From Alphaproteobacteria bacterium (lineage in GTDB: Bacteria; Pseudomonadota; Alphaproteobacteria; CAAHEQ01; UBA3637), in NCBI GenBank assembly GCA_017647405.1, contig JAGCKR010000041.1:45218-109217 (forward strand): 64,000 nt of DNA, in the 5' to 3' direction. Positions 8,200-17,388 of the stretch are shown here, in pieces. The notes beneath the pieces are model-generated. The model was not told the DNA's origin, searched no databases, and saw only the letters and a list, made by a program, of their open reading frames with translations. The position numbers and the translations under genes are program-made. How positions within the stretch are numbered: position 1 is the stretch's first letter; the number at the start of each line of letters is the position of its first letter.

Positions 8200-11100
8200 A
8201 TGTCACAACAAAAATATTATCCACAGTTAAATTCGCGTATCAGTTTTCCGGAAATGGAAAAAGAAATAATTGCTTATTGGGAAAAAGAAAAAACATTCCA
8301 AAAGTCTATTGATATTCGAAAAGAAGCCGAAGAGTTTGTTTTTTATGATGGCCCTCCATTTGCTAATGGCTTGCCGCACTATGGGCATATTATGATTTCC
8401 TATGTTAAAGATACAATTGCCCGTTTCCAAACAATGAATGGTAAACGTGTTGAGCGTCGTTTAGGTTGGGACTGTCATGGTCTTCCGGCTGAAATGGCTG
8501 CTGAAAAAGAATTAGGTGTTTCGGGACATAAAGCTATTGAAGAGTTTGGTATTCAAAAATTTAATGATTTTTGCCGAACAAATGTTTTAAAATATTCAAC
8601 AATTTGGACGGATATGTTCCGTCGTATTGGTCGCTGGGTTGATTTTGATAATGATTATAAAACAATGGATTTATCATTTATGGAATCCATTATCAATAAC
8701 TTTAAACAGCTTTATGACAAAGGCCTTGTTTATGAAGATTATCGTGTTCAACCATATTCTTGGTGTGCTCAAACACCGGTTTCAAACTTTGAAGTGAATC
8801 TTGGATATCGCGATAAAACAGATACGGCGATTACGGTTTTATTCAAACTTGAAAATGGTATGAATGTTCTTGTGTGGACAACAACACCTTGGACATTGCC
8901 TTCTAACTTGATGTTAGCTGTTGGTGAAGATATTGATTATGCCATTATGCAAGAAGGCGATGAAAAATATATTTTAGCTGAAGCTTTATTGGGTCGTTAT
9001 AAACAACAATTACAACATGCAGAAAAAGTTGGAACAATGAAAGGTTCTGAATTGGTTGGTCTTTCATATACGCCAATGTTCCCATATTTCAAAAATTTGA
9101 AAGATGAAGGGTGCTTTAAAGTTTTAAAAGGCGAATTTGTTTCTGTTGAAGATGGAACGGGTGTTGTTCATATCGCACCAGGATTTGGTCAAGATGACTT
9201 TGATGTTTGTCGTGCTTTGAATCCGGAGTTTCCGGTTGTTTGTCCGGTAGATGAAGGTGGGTGTTTCACTGCTGAAGTACCTGATTATAAGGGGAAACAA
9301 GTGTTTGAAACAAATGATGAAATTATGGCATGGTTAAAAGAGAACCGCTTGTTGGTTAAAAAAGAGCAAATTACGCATAGCTATCCATATTGTTGGCGCA
9401 CGGATACGCCTCTTATTTATAAAGCAATGAGTGGATGGTTTGTAAAAGTTTCTGATTTTAGGGATGAAATGGTGGCATTAAATGAGCAAATCACATGGAC
9501 ACCGGATCATCTTAAAAATGGGCGTTTTGGAAAATGGCTTGAAGGCGCCAGAGACTGGTCAATTTCAAGAAACCGTTTTTGGGGAACCCCAATCCCTGTT
9601 TGGAAATCTGATAATCCTCAATTCCCTCGTATTGATGTTTTTGGTTCTATTGCTGAAATCAAAGAAAAAACAGGTATTGAAGTTACTGATTTACACCGTC
9701 CGATTATTGATGATGTTGTTTATAAAAATCCGGATGATCCATCAGGTCAAACAATGATGCGTCGTGTAACGGATGTATTTGACTGTTGGTTTGAATCAGG
9801 TTCTATGCCGGAAGGGCAATTACATTATCCGTTTGAAAATAAGAAATGGTTTGAAGATCATTTCCCAGCTGATTTTATTGTTGAAGCTATTGATCAAACC
9901 AGAGGTTGGTTCTATACATTGCATGTTTTAGGTACAGCTCTTCACCATAAACCGGCTTATAAAAATTGTTTATGCACTGGGTTGATTATGGCTGAAGGTG
10001 GTGTGAAGTTATCTAAAAAACTTAAAAACTATCCAGACCCATATGTTGTTTTGGATTCTATGGGGTCAGATGCCCTTCGTTGGTTCCTTGTTTCTTCACC
10101 GGTTATCAAAGGTGGTAACGTGATGATTGACCAAGAGGGTAAGGAAGTTGCTAAAGCTGCCCGTAAAGCATTAATGCCACTTTGGAATGCATTCTACTTC
10201 TTCTGTTTGTATGCAAATGCCGAAGGAAACAGAGCAACAAAAACAGTTGGATCTGATGATGTGTTAGATAGATATATTTTATCCAAAGTAAAAGTTTTGG
10301 CACAAGATGTTAAAAAATCAATGGAAGAATATGATATTAACCAAGCTTGTGCAGATTGTTCTGAATTTTTGGATATTTTAAATAACTGGTATATCCGTCG
10401 TTCACGCACGCGTTTCTGGGATGGAACGGATTTAACAGCCTTTAATGTGTTATACACAGTATTAATCACAATTACCAAAGTGATGGCACCGCTATTGCCA
10501 ATGATGTGTGAATATGTTTATCGTTCATTAACGGAAAAAGAATCTGTTCATTTAAGAACATATCCAGATGTTAGCGCTTTGACTGAAGATGTTGAATTAA
10601 TGGAAAAAATGGACTTAGTCCGCACCATTTCTTCAACAGCAAAAGCCATTCGTGAAGAACATCGTTTGCGTAATCGTTTGCCATTGCGTTCAATGACAAT
10701 TGCAGGAACAAGCGTTGAAAAACTTTATGAATTTGCTGAAGTTTTGAAAGAAGAAGTTAATGTGAAAGATATTGTTTTCAAAACAGATATTAATGAAGTT
10801 GCGGATACGTTCCTTTATTTGAAAACGCCACTTATTGGTAAAAGATTGGGTCGTTTTATGAAAGATATTATGGCGGAATCAAAAGGCAATAATTGGAAAC
10901 AAAATGAGGATGGAACATTGTCTATTGCCGGTCAAATTTTAATGGCAGAGGAATATGAATTACGTCTTGTTTTGAAAGAAGGTTTGCAAGGTCAGGCTTT
11001 ACCGGATAATACAGCGGTGATTCAATTGGATACAGAAATTATCCCTGAACTTGAAAAAGAAGGAATTGCTCGTGACTTTATCCGAATGATTCAATCTTTA

Positions 11101-11307
11101 AGAAAAGAAAAAGGTTTTGATGTTTCAGATCGCATTCAATTAACTTTTGCAACTGATTCTGCATTAGTTAAAGAAGCACTTGCCGAACATGAATCATATA
11201 TTAAAGATCAAGTTTTGGCTGTTGAAATTAAAGAATCAACAGATTCCTTGTTAAAACAAGAAGAATTGGGTGATTCAACAATTTCATTTGATGTTGTCAG
11301 AAACTAA
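8200..11307 (+). CDS. ileS: Isoleucine--tRNA ligase (long, type-2/eukaryote-like form)
   Basis: 1035 aa. HIGH-type motif PHYGHIM, KMSKS-type KLSKKLKN, WTTTPWTLPSN editing-domain block, WFESGSMP. Confidence 0.95.
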   Translation: MSQQKYYPQLNSRISFPEMEKEIIAYWEKEKTFQKSIDIRKEAEEFVFYDGPPFANGLPHYGHIMISYVKDTIARFQTMNGKRVERRLGWDCHGLPAEMAAEKELGVSGHKAIEEFGIQKFNDFCRTNVLKYSTIWTDMFRRIGRWVDFDNDYKTMDLSFMESIINNFKQLYDKGLVYEDYRVQPYSWCAQTPVSNFEVNLGYRDKTDTAITVLFKLENGMNVLVWTTTPWTLPSNLMLAVGEDIDYAIMQEGDEKYILAEALLGRYKQQLQHAEKVGTMKGSELVGLSYTPMFPYFKNLKDEGCFKVLKGEFVSVEDGTGVVHIAPGFGQDDFDVCRALNPEFPVVCPVDEGGCFTAEVPDYKGKQVFETNDEIMAWLKENRLLVKKEQITHSYPYCWRTDTPLIYKAMSGWFVKVSDFRDEMVALNEQITWTPDHLKNGRFGKWLEGARDWSISRNRFWGTPIPVWKSDNPQFPRIDVFGSIAEIKEKTGIEVTDLHRPIIDDVVYKNPDDPSGQTMMRRVTDVFDCWFESGSMPEGQLHYPFENKKWFEDHFPADFIVEAIDQTRGWFYTLHVLGTALHHKPAYKNCLCTGLIMAEGGVKLSKKLKNYPDPYVVLDSMGSDALRWFLVSSPVIKGGNVMIDQEGKEVAKAARKALMPLWNAFYFFCLYANAEGNRATKTVGSDDVLDRYILSKVKVLAQDVKKSMEEYDINQACADCSEFLDILNNWYIRRSRTRFWDGTDLTAFNVLYTVLITITKVMAPLLPMMCEYVYRSLTEKESVHLRTYPDVSALTEDVELMEKMDLVRTISSTAKAIREEHRLRNRLPLRSMTIAGTSVEKLYEFAEVLKEEVNVKDIVFKTDINEVADTFLYLKTPLIGKRLGRFMKDIMAESKGNNWKQNEDGTLSIAGQILMAEEYELRLVLKEGLQGQALPDNTAVIQLDTEIIPELEKEGIARDFIRMIQSLRKEKGFDVSDRIQLTFATDSALVKEALAEHESYIKDQVLAVEIKESTDSLLKQEELGDSTISFDVVRN

Positions 11308-11326
11308 AAATCATTTTGAATTTTTA

Positions 11327-11362
11327 ATACTCTGCGTTGAGAAACGCAGAGTATTTTTTTTG
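11327..11362 (+). terminator. Rho-independent terminator after ileS
   Basis: atactctgcg ttgagaaa cgcagagtat followed by a run of T. Confidence 0.8.
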
Positions 11363-11413
11363 TTTTAAAAAACTTTGATGTTTCGTAAACTTCTTCTTGC
11401 ATAAAAAACAAAA

Positions 11414-11428
11414 TTAACTTATTGTTAA
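11414..11428 (+). promoter_or_regulatory. Candidate CtrA box (TTAA-N7-TTAA) upstream of ctrA
   Basis: TTAACTTATTGTTAAG lies 37 nt upstream of the ctrA ATG. Confidence 0.3.
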
Positions 11429-11464
11429 GAAAGGTTAATAAATTCTATCTAAAAAAGGGGCGAT

Positions 11465-12151
11465 ATGCGTATTTTACTTATCGAAGATGACAAAACGGTT
11501 AGTCAAAATATTTCATTGATTTTAAAAAGAGAAAATATAGTTGTTGATTGTTCGTTTAAGGCGGAAGATGGACTTGAAGATGCACGTCATTATGAATATG
11601 ATTTAATTATTTTGGATTTGGGTTTGCCGGATATGGATGGATGTGAAGCAATCAGAAGATTACGTTCCATGCAAATTTCCACTCCGATTTTGGTGTTATC
11701 CGGTATGGCAGCAATTGATAAAAAGGTAAACGCTTTGGCATTTGGTTGTGATGATTATTTAACAAAACCATTTGATACAAGAGAATTGATTGCCAGAATC
11801 AATGCTCTTGTGCGTCGGTCAAAAGGATATTCAGAAAATATTATCAGAACAGGAGATATGGAAGTAAATTTAAACTCAAAAATAGTGACGATAACAGGAA
11901 AAACACTTCATTTAACAAGCAAAGAATATGCGCTTTTTGAATTGTTAGCTTTAAGAAAAGGTGCAACAATTAATAAAGAACAATTTTTAAACCACCTTTA
12001 TGGTGGAATGGATGAACCAGAAGGAAAAATTATTGATGTTTTTCTTTGCAAGATCAGAAGAAAAATTGAAAAACTTTCTCCACAAGAAGATTATATTCAA
12101 ACTGTTTGGGGCAGGGGATATATTTTAAAAGATTTACCGGTTCTTCAATAA
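11465..12151 (+). CDS. ctrA: Cell-cycle response regulator CtrA (OmpR family)
   Basis: 228 aa, nearly colinear with Caulobacter CtrA as remembered: DLGLPDMDG, LSGMAAIDKKV, DDYLTKPF, LTSKEYALFELLALRKGATINKEQFLNHLYGGMDEPEGKIIDVFLCKIRRK. Confidence 0.9.
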   Translation: MRILLIEDDKTVSQNISLILKRENIVVDCSFKAEDGLEDARHYEYDLIILDLGLPDMDGCEAIRRLRSMQISTPILVLSGMAAIDKKVNALAFGCDDYLTKPFDTRELIARINALVRRSKGYSENIIRTGDMEVNLNSKIVTITGKTLHLTSKEYALFELLALRKGATINKEQFLNHLYGGMDEPEGKIIDVFLCKIRRKIEKLSPQEDYIQTVWGRGYILKDLPVLQ

Positions 12152-12200
12152 AAAAGTAAAGTTTCTATAAAAAGTATTTTTAATCTTTTGGCCAATAACA

Positions 12201-12233
12201 AAAAACGCCTTCTTTTTTAGAAGGCGTTTTCGT
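12201..12233. terminator. Bidirectional terminator between ctrA and the convergent OMP gene
   Basis: aaaaacgccttc tttttta gaaggcgtttt, with A/T runs on both sides. Confidence 0.75.
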
Positions 12234-12249
12234 TTGAATTAAATTCAAA

Positions 12250-13095
12250 TTAGAAGCCAAGGCGTAATCTTAAACCGATTTGATTGCCGTGGATATCTTC
12301 TTTATGTTCTTCGCCATCAATGATGTATTTGCCGTAAGCACTTAAAGCAACATTTTTTGTGAAGTGATAAGCAGCTTCAAGACCATATGTGTAAAGACGT
12401 GTTTCGTCATATTCATCATATTCAACGCCTAATTGGTGATCCATTGAAACTTTCATTTTTGGGCAATATGAATATAACCCTGCTGTTCCTGTGTATTTGA
12501 GTTCATTATCATCATCTTGACTTTGGAAAACAGGAACTTCAACTGTACCTGCCAAATATGGTGTCCAGTAACCTAATTTATACCCAACTTTAGCACCAAC
12601 TTTGGCATATTTATATGCGCCAGATTGTTCATTATCTAAATCATCAAAGAAGCCATAATATGAGTGATTTTCTTCTTGACCATAAGCTAAGAGTGATTGA
12701 ACTTTTAAAGCGCCATCTGAAACAAGATTATATTTTGAAGTGATTTCAAAGTTAATATTTTTATCTTTTTTATCTGTTCCTCTTACTTCATAATCATAAT
12801 CATAATCAGAAATAGTTCCGTTAATAGTTCCTTTTGCCCAAGAATTTGAAGCTGTTACACCTAAAGACCAAGCATTTGATAAACCGTATTCTAATGTTTG
12901 TGTAGCAGTGTGTGAATAAACTTTTGCGCGAATACCAGCATAGTCATGTTTTAAAGTTCTTGTTGAATAATCATAAGATGTTGTTGAAAGAATGCCCCCT
13001 TCAGCTGGAACATAGAATGGGTTTGTTGATTCAACAGCCATTGCTGATGTTGCAAGGCTCATAACGCCTAACATTAAAAGTGTTTTTTTTAACAT
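12250..13095 (-). CDS. Outer-membrane beta-barrel protein (porin/Omp-like)
   Basis: Start taken at MLKKTLLMLGVMSLATSAMA (signal peptide, GGAG-type RBS upstream). Alternating beta-strand pattern and C-terminal LRLRLGF ending in Phe. Confidence 0.7.
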   Translation of the reverse strand: MLKKTLLMLGVMSLATSAMAVESTNPFYVPAEGGILSTTSYDYSTRTLKHDYAGIRAKVYSHTATQTLEYGLSNAWSLGVTASNSWAKGTINGTISDYDYDYEVRGTDKKDKNINFEITSKYNLVSDGALKVQSLLAYGQEENHSYYGFFDDLDNEQSGAYKYAKVGAKVGYKLGYWTPYLAGTVEVPVFQSQDDDNELKYTGTAGLYSYCPKMKVSMDHQLGVEYDEYDETRLYTYGLEAAYHFTKNVALSAYGKYIIDGEEHKEDIHGNQIGLRLRLGF

Positions 13096-13204
13096 AAATA
13101 ACTCCTTTTTATAAAAAAGTTTGATATTATTCATTTTGCAGGACCCTCCTGCTAATATCCACTTTAATCAATCATAATTAAATATGCAAGAAAAATATCT
13201 TTTT

Positions 13205-13265
13205 TTCATCGAATCGCGATTCTTTTTTTTTAGCGAATCGAATAAAAGTGATTCCGAATCGATTA
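13205..13265. promoter_or_regulatory. Cluster of five GANTC (CcrM-type) sites with a 12-bp palindrome
   Basis: catcGAATCgcGATTCttttttttagcGAATCgaataaaagtGATTCcGAATCgatt. GAATCGCGATTC is a perfect palindrome. Lies in the divergent intergenic region between the OMP gene and the small nrdD-C-like ORF. Confidence 0.5.
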
Positions 13266-13523
13266 AAATTATCTATCTTCTTTATAAACAAAGACTTTTT
13301 ATTTTTCTTGTCTTTTTTGGTCTTTTTTTTGGTCTAAAAAAACACCTTTTTTGTGTAATTAAATTTTTAAAAAAATATTTATTATTCAATTAGATATAAA
13401 AAATAAAAAAAAGCGTTTGACAATCAAAGTTCACTCTTTGTATGAATAAAATATAAGGTGTGCCCCTTAAAGGGATGGGCAAGCAAAAAAGATAAAAACA
13501 AAAATAGAAAGGAAACAAAAAAA

Positions 13524-13709
13524 ATGACGGATGCAGAAATCTTGAAAGCCAATGAAAATGAACGTCAATCAGTTGAATGTTGGACACGTGTAATGGGTTA
13601 TTTTCGTCCGTATAGCCACTTCAATAAAGGGAAAAAATCCGAATTTGAAGAAAGACAATGGTTTGTGGAAGAAAAAGCCTGTTGTTCTTGCGAAATTAAA
13701 GCAGCTTAA
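13524..13709 (+). CDS. Stand-alone 61-aa protein resembling the glycyl-radical C-terminus of class III (anaerobic) ribonucleotide reductase NrdD
   Basis: MTDAEILKANENERQSVECWTRVMGYFRPYSHFNKGKKSEFEERQWF. The RVxGY glycine-radical-type motif followed by (W/F)N.GK..E...R matches the NrdD C-terminus as I recall it. TTGACA-like promoter about 110 nt upstream and its own terminator downstream. Confidence 0.5.
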   Translation: MTDAEILKANENERQSVECWTRVMGYFRPYSHFNKGKKSEFEERQWFVEEKACCSCEIKAA

Positions 13710-13726
13710 AATCTCTCCTCTTGATG

Positions 13727-13755
13727 AAAATGCCCTTTTTAAGGGCATTTTTTTG
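13727..13755 (+). terminator. Rho-independent terminator after the small ORF
   Basis: aaaatgccctt ttt aagggcattttttt. Confidence 0.8.
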
Positions 13756-13803
13756 TTGTGAAAAATTTAAGTTTTTTATATTCTGAATAAAAAGGAGATT
13801 TTT

Positions 13804-14568
13804 ATGTTAAAAATAGTTTTGTTTTTATTATTTTTATGTTTTTTGCCCGTTTCTTCTTTTGCGAACTATAATGAAGTGGATTTAAGGGCAAAAAATGTTC
13901 CCGAACGATATGAAAAAAGGTTAAATGATTTAGTGAAATATCTCATTGAGCCATATAAGCGGAATGATGAATTGAAAGCTCGGGTAATTTTTGCATGGAT
14001 TGGATATCATATTGAATATGATATGTTTAAATATGATGTAATCACTGAAAAGAAAAAAGGCGCCAGATATACAAAGCGAAAAATGCGTACAGGAGATGCA
14101 TTTAAAACAAGAGTAGGGGTCTGTGGTGATATTGCGGATTTGTATGCGCGCATGGGAAAATTAGCTGGTTTAGAAGTTGAATATATTACCGGTTATGCCG
14201 GTAGTGATTTAACTATGGATGATTTGGAAGATTCCGGACATGCCTGGAATGCTGTTAAAATTAATAGAACATGGTATTTTGTTGATGCAACATGGGGAAT
14301 GAGTGGTGATTATACGGCTTTTGATGATGTTGATTCTTTGGCGGAGCATAGAAAAGAAATCAGAAAAAGAAAGCGCGGGGATGCAGAAGTGAGTCAAAAT
14401 CGCTCATTAAATAATGAATGGTTCTTGGTTCCTCCGGAACGAATGGTGAAAACTCATTTTCCGAAAAGAGAAAAAGATCAGCATTTAACTCGTTCGGTTG
14501 ATATGAAAAAGGTTTTTAGAGAAAATAAACGAAAAAAAGAACGTGAAAAACGAGGAAATAAAAGATGA
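13804..14568 (+). CDS. Secreted transglutaminase-like cysteine protease-fold protein
   Basis: Signal peptide MLKIVLFLLFLCFLPVSSFA. Cys-His-Asp core: GVCGDIADLY, GHAWNAV, YFVDATWG. Lys/Arg-rich tail. Confidence 0.75.
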   Translation: MLKIVLFLLFLCFLPVSSFANYNEVDLRAKNVPERYEKRLNDLVKYLIEPYKRNDELKARVIFAWIGYHIEYDMFKYDVITEKKKGARYTKRKMRTGDAFKTRVGVCGDIADLYARMGKLAGLEVEYITGYAGSDLTMDDLEDSGHAWNAVKINRTWYFVDATWGMSGDYTAFDDVDSLAEHRKEIRKRKRGDAEVSQNRSLNNEWFLVPPERMVKTHFPKREKDQHLTRSVDMKKVFRENKRKKEREKRGNKR

Positions 14569-15632
14569 TTTACTCTCAATCTGTTTTAACAATTGATTTA
14601 TCGGCATTAAAAGAAAATTATTTATTTTTAAAACAAACGGCAAAGGAAAGTATTGCCGCAGCTGTTGTGAAAAATAATGCATATGGTTTAGGCATAGAGC
14701 GAGTTGTTCCGGCATTACTGGATGTTGGATGTAATGATTTTTTTGTGGCATTAGCATGTGAGGGTGAACGTGTTCGAAAACAAGCGCCAAATGCGAATAT
14801 TTATGTTTTGCAAGGAATTGGGGATGATTCGTTAAAATTATTTCAAAATAATCACTTAACTCCGGTAATTTCTACGCCAGAAATGTTTAAATTTTGGATG
14901 GAAAATAAAATTGAAGATATCAAACCAATTTTAAATATTGAAACGGGATTGAATCGATTAGGTTTTCGAAAAAAAGATATTGAAGCTTTATCACAAGAGG
15001 ATAAAAATGAATTTGCGTATCTTTTATCGCATCTTTCATGTGCTGATGAGCCATATCATTTTATGAATAAGCATCAAATTGAAACATTTGATGAAATGAA
15101 AAAAATGTTGCCTCATTTAAATGCAACTCTTTCAGCTTCTGATGGTGTTTTTTTAGGAGAAAATTTTCAAAAGGATATGGTGCGTCTTGGGGCAGCCATG
15201 TATGGATTGAATACGGCGCCAGATAGAAAAAATAAAATGAGAGCTGTTGTTCATTTAAAAGCACCAGTTCTGCAGATAGTTGATGTTTCAGAAGGTGAAT
15301 ATATTGGTTATGGTGCTTCTTATAAAACCAAAAAACAGATGAAGATAGCCATTGTTTCAATTGGATATGCAGATGGATTGCCTCGCTCTTTAATGGGGCG
15401 AGGACGAGTCTTTTTTGAAGAACAGGAAATTCGGCTTGTGGGGCGTTTATCAATGGATAATTTGATGTGTGATGTAACGGGTATTAAGGATTTGAAAGAA
15501 GGGGTATTTGTGGATATTTTAAATGATCATTACACAGTGGATGACATGGGATGTGATGCTGGAACCATTGGTTATGAAATTTTAAACGGAATAGGTAAAT
15601 CTGGTCGATTTCAGATTATTGAAAAAAAATAA
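14565..15632 (+). CDS. alr: Alanine racemase
   Basis: 355 aa. PLP-lysine motif AAVVKNNAYGLG and C-terminal YEILNGIG; 4-nt overlap with the upstream gene. Confidence 0.9.
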   Translation: MIYSQSVLTIDLSALKENYLFLKQTAKESIAAAVVKNNAYGLGIERVVPALLDVGCNDFFVALACEGERVRKQAPNANIYVLQGIGDDSLKLFQNNHLTPVISTPEMFKFWMENKIEDIKPILNIETGLNRLGFRKKDIEALSQEDKNEFAYLLSHLSCADEPYHFMNKHQIETFDEMKKMLPHLNATLSASDGVFLGENFQKDMVRLGAAMYGLNTAPDRKNKMRAVVHLKAPVLQIVDVSEGEYIGYGASYKTKKQMKIAIVSIGYADGLPRSLMGRGRVFFEEQEIRLVGRLSMDNLMCDVTGIKDLKEGVFVDILNDHYTVDDMGCDAGTIGYEILNGIGKSGRFQIIEKK

Positions 15633-15665
15633 AAAAAAACGGCACTTAATAAAAGTGCCGTTTTA
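15632..15665. terminator. Bidirectional terminator between alr and the recombinase gene
   Basis: aaaaaaaaacggcactt aataaa agtgccgtttt. Confidence 0.75.
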
Positions 15666-15671
15666 AAATTT

Positions 15672-16268
15672 TTAGTATCCAGCCTCTCTTAAATAATTAT
15701 AAACCGTTTTTGAGCTGACACCTAAATGTTTAGCAATTTTTGTTTTGGCTAAACCTTGTTGATAAAGAAGAACAAGTTCTCTTTCTTTTCCATCAAGAAT
15801 GTGTTTTTTATTTTTAGAACCATTTGCGCGCCCAAGTTTTTTACCCATAGATTTTAATCTTGCCAAAGCTTCTTTTGTGCGTTGACTGATAAGGTTTCTT
15901 TCAATTTCAGCAGAAAGAGAAAAGGCAAAAGCAAGAACTTTGCTTTGAATGTCTGATCCTAATCGGTAATTATCTTTAATTGTCCAAACTTTAATGTTGC
16001 GCTGCATACAGTTATTTAAAATAGTCATTACTTGAAAGAGATTTCTTCCCAATCTTGAAATTTCGGTACAAATTAAAACATCTCCTGATTTTAATTTTTT
16101 AATGTATTTCCCAAGTTTTCGATATTCCACATCTTTTGTTCCACTAACAGTTTCAGTTATCCAGACAGAAACAAAAAGCTTTTCTTTTTTTGCAAATTCA
16201 AGGATTTCATATTCTTGGTTTTTAAGTGTTTGTTTATCAGTACTGACACGGATATATGCATAAATCAT
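15672..16268 (-). CDS. Small serine recombinase (resolvase/invertase family) with C-terminal HTH
   Basis: MIYAYIRVSTDKQ catalytic-Ser motif, ISRLGRN, C-terminal KIAKHLGVSSKTVYNYL. A GGAGG RBS precedes the second ATG (16268); the track ORF begins at 16280. Confidence 0.9.
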   Translation of the reverse strand: MIYAYIRVSTDKQTLKNQEYEILEFAKKEKLFVSVWITETVSGTKDVEYRKLGKYIKKLKSGDVLICTEISRLGRNLFQVMTILNNCMQRNIKVWTIKDNYRLGSDIQSKVLAFAFSLSAEIERNLISQRTKEALARLKSMGKKLGRANGSKNKKHILDGKERELVLLYQQGLAKTKIAKHLGVSSKTVYNYLREAGY

Positions 16269-16407
16269 TGTTTCCTCCATTTATAAATGCCCAATAACAA
16301 TCTCTAAACTTTTTATTTAGAGATACGATAAAAAGCATGTAAAATCTTTTAAAATTTTACACACTTTTTATTATATGCATAAAAAAATATTTTTTATAAA
16401 ATTATTT

Positions 16408-17364
16408 TTATTTATAAGCAATTAGGGCATTTCCACAAGTAATCCGATCACTATCTTCTTCATGGCTTGGAACAAAAACAATCACATCCCATCCCTTTTT
16501 GACGAGAGGTTGCTCAAATTCACGATAGACATCGTAATCATCGTAGCTTGTTGTAACATCAAAACCATTTTGAATAGCTGAATTTGTTTCATGAATCGGA
16601 GTGATTTTTACAATAAATTTTTGGGGGTCAAAAAGAGCTGTTAATCTATCAGCATCCAAAATTGTATCTTTTGTAACGGCAAAATTAAGCGTGTATTTCC
16701 GACCTTTTGGTTCTGGTAACTCTTTTGATAATTCAGAAATTTCTTCTAAAGACAGGCTTCTATCATTAAATTGTTTGTTTCGCTGTTCATTATCGGTTGA
16801 ATTAATTGAAAATTGAAGTCCGGCTTCTCCGTTATAGTCAATGTTTTTAATTTGACACCAATCTAAAATGAATTGTTTTAAATTTTTGTTGCTTTTAGGA
16901 AGCATGGTTGAAACAACCGGATGAATTGTTTTTGCACAGATATATTTATTTGTTAAATTTCTCAAGATATCTTTTGCAAAAGTCAAAACGTTTGGATTGA
17001 ATGTTGGTTCACCCATTCTGGCAAAATGAACATTAAATCTGTCAGTGTGGTTAACGGTTTCATTTTTTAGAATGGTTTCGATTTCATAGGTTAGTTCTTC
17101 AATACTTGCATTACCAAAAAATCCATATTTTGGGCAATCACAAAATTGACATTTCATCGGACATCCCTTTTGTGTGCTGATCGTTGCGACCCATTTTTTT
17201 GTTAGGTCAACTTCTTTATGTTTAACCCCGTTGATTTCTGTATGTAACCCTAAAAAATCAGCTTTAATATTATTTTCTTTTCCATAGTCTCCGACGGTTA
17301 AAAATTCTAAACGTTTTTCTACATCAACATAAATTTTTCCGGTGTGTGTTGTAACAGTTTGCAT
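16408..17364 (-). CDS. Radical SAM protein with RlmN/Cfr-like core architecture
   Basis: 318 aa. CPMKCQFCDC (CxxxCxxC), ARMGEPTFNP, LQFSINS, VKITPIHETN and C-terminal SDRITCGNALI parallel the RlmN/Cfr blocks (GCxxxCxFC, MGMGEP, LAISLHA, vNLIPfN, AACGQL). There is no N-terminal RlmN accessory domain, and the position of the upstream RlmN Cys (LCVSSQVGC) is Ile (ATISTQKGC). Confidence 0.6.
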   Translation of the reverse strand: MQTVTTHTGKIYVDVEKRLEFLTVGDYGKENNIKADFLGLHTEINGVKHKEVDLTKKWVATISTQKGCPMKCQFCDCPKYGFFGNASIEELTYEIETILKNETVNHTDRFNVHFARMGEPTFNPNVLTFAKDILRNLTNKYICAKTIHPVVSTMLPKSNKNLKQFILDWCQIKNIDYNGEAGLQFSINSTDNEQRNKQFNDRSLSLEEISELSKELPEPKGRKYTLNFAVTKDTILDADRLTALFDPQKFIVKITPIHETNSAIQNGFDVTTSYDDYDVYREFEQPLVKKGWDVIVFVPSHEEDSDRITCGNALIAYK

Positions 17365-17388
17365 GTTTTTCTCCTTTTGTTTTTATAA

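Noticed and set aside
13140-13520. Replication origin hypothesis for the AT-rich, GANTC-rich spacer
   Set aside because: There is only one weak DnaA-box-like sequence (atatccact) and no TTAA-N7-TTAAC boxes. The neighbourhood lacks typical origin markers (hemE, dnaA, parAB). The evidence is insufficient.
13184-13587. ORFs 13184-13393(+) and 13390-13587(-) in the AT-rich spacer
   Set aside because: They are poly-Phe/Leu/Lys translations of A/T runs with no RBS. The region is better explained as promoter or regulatory DNA.
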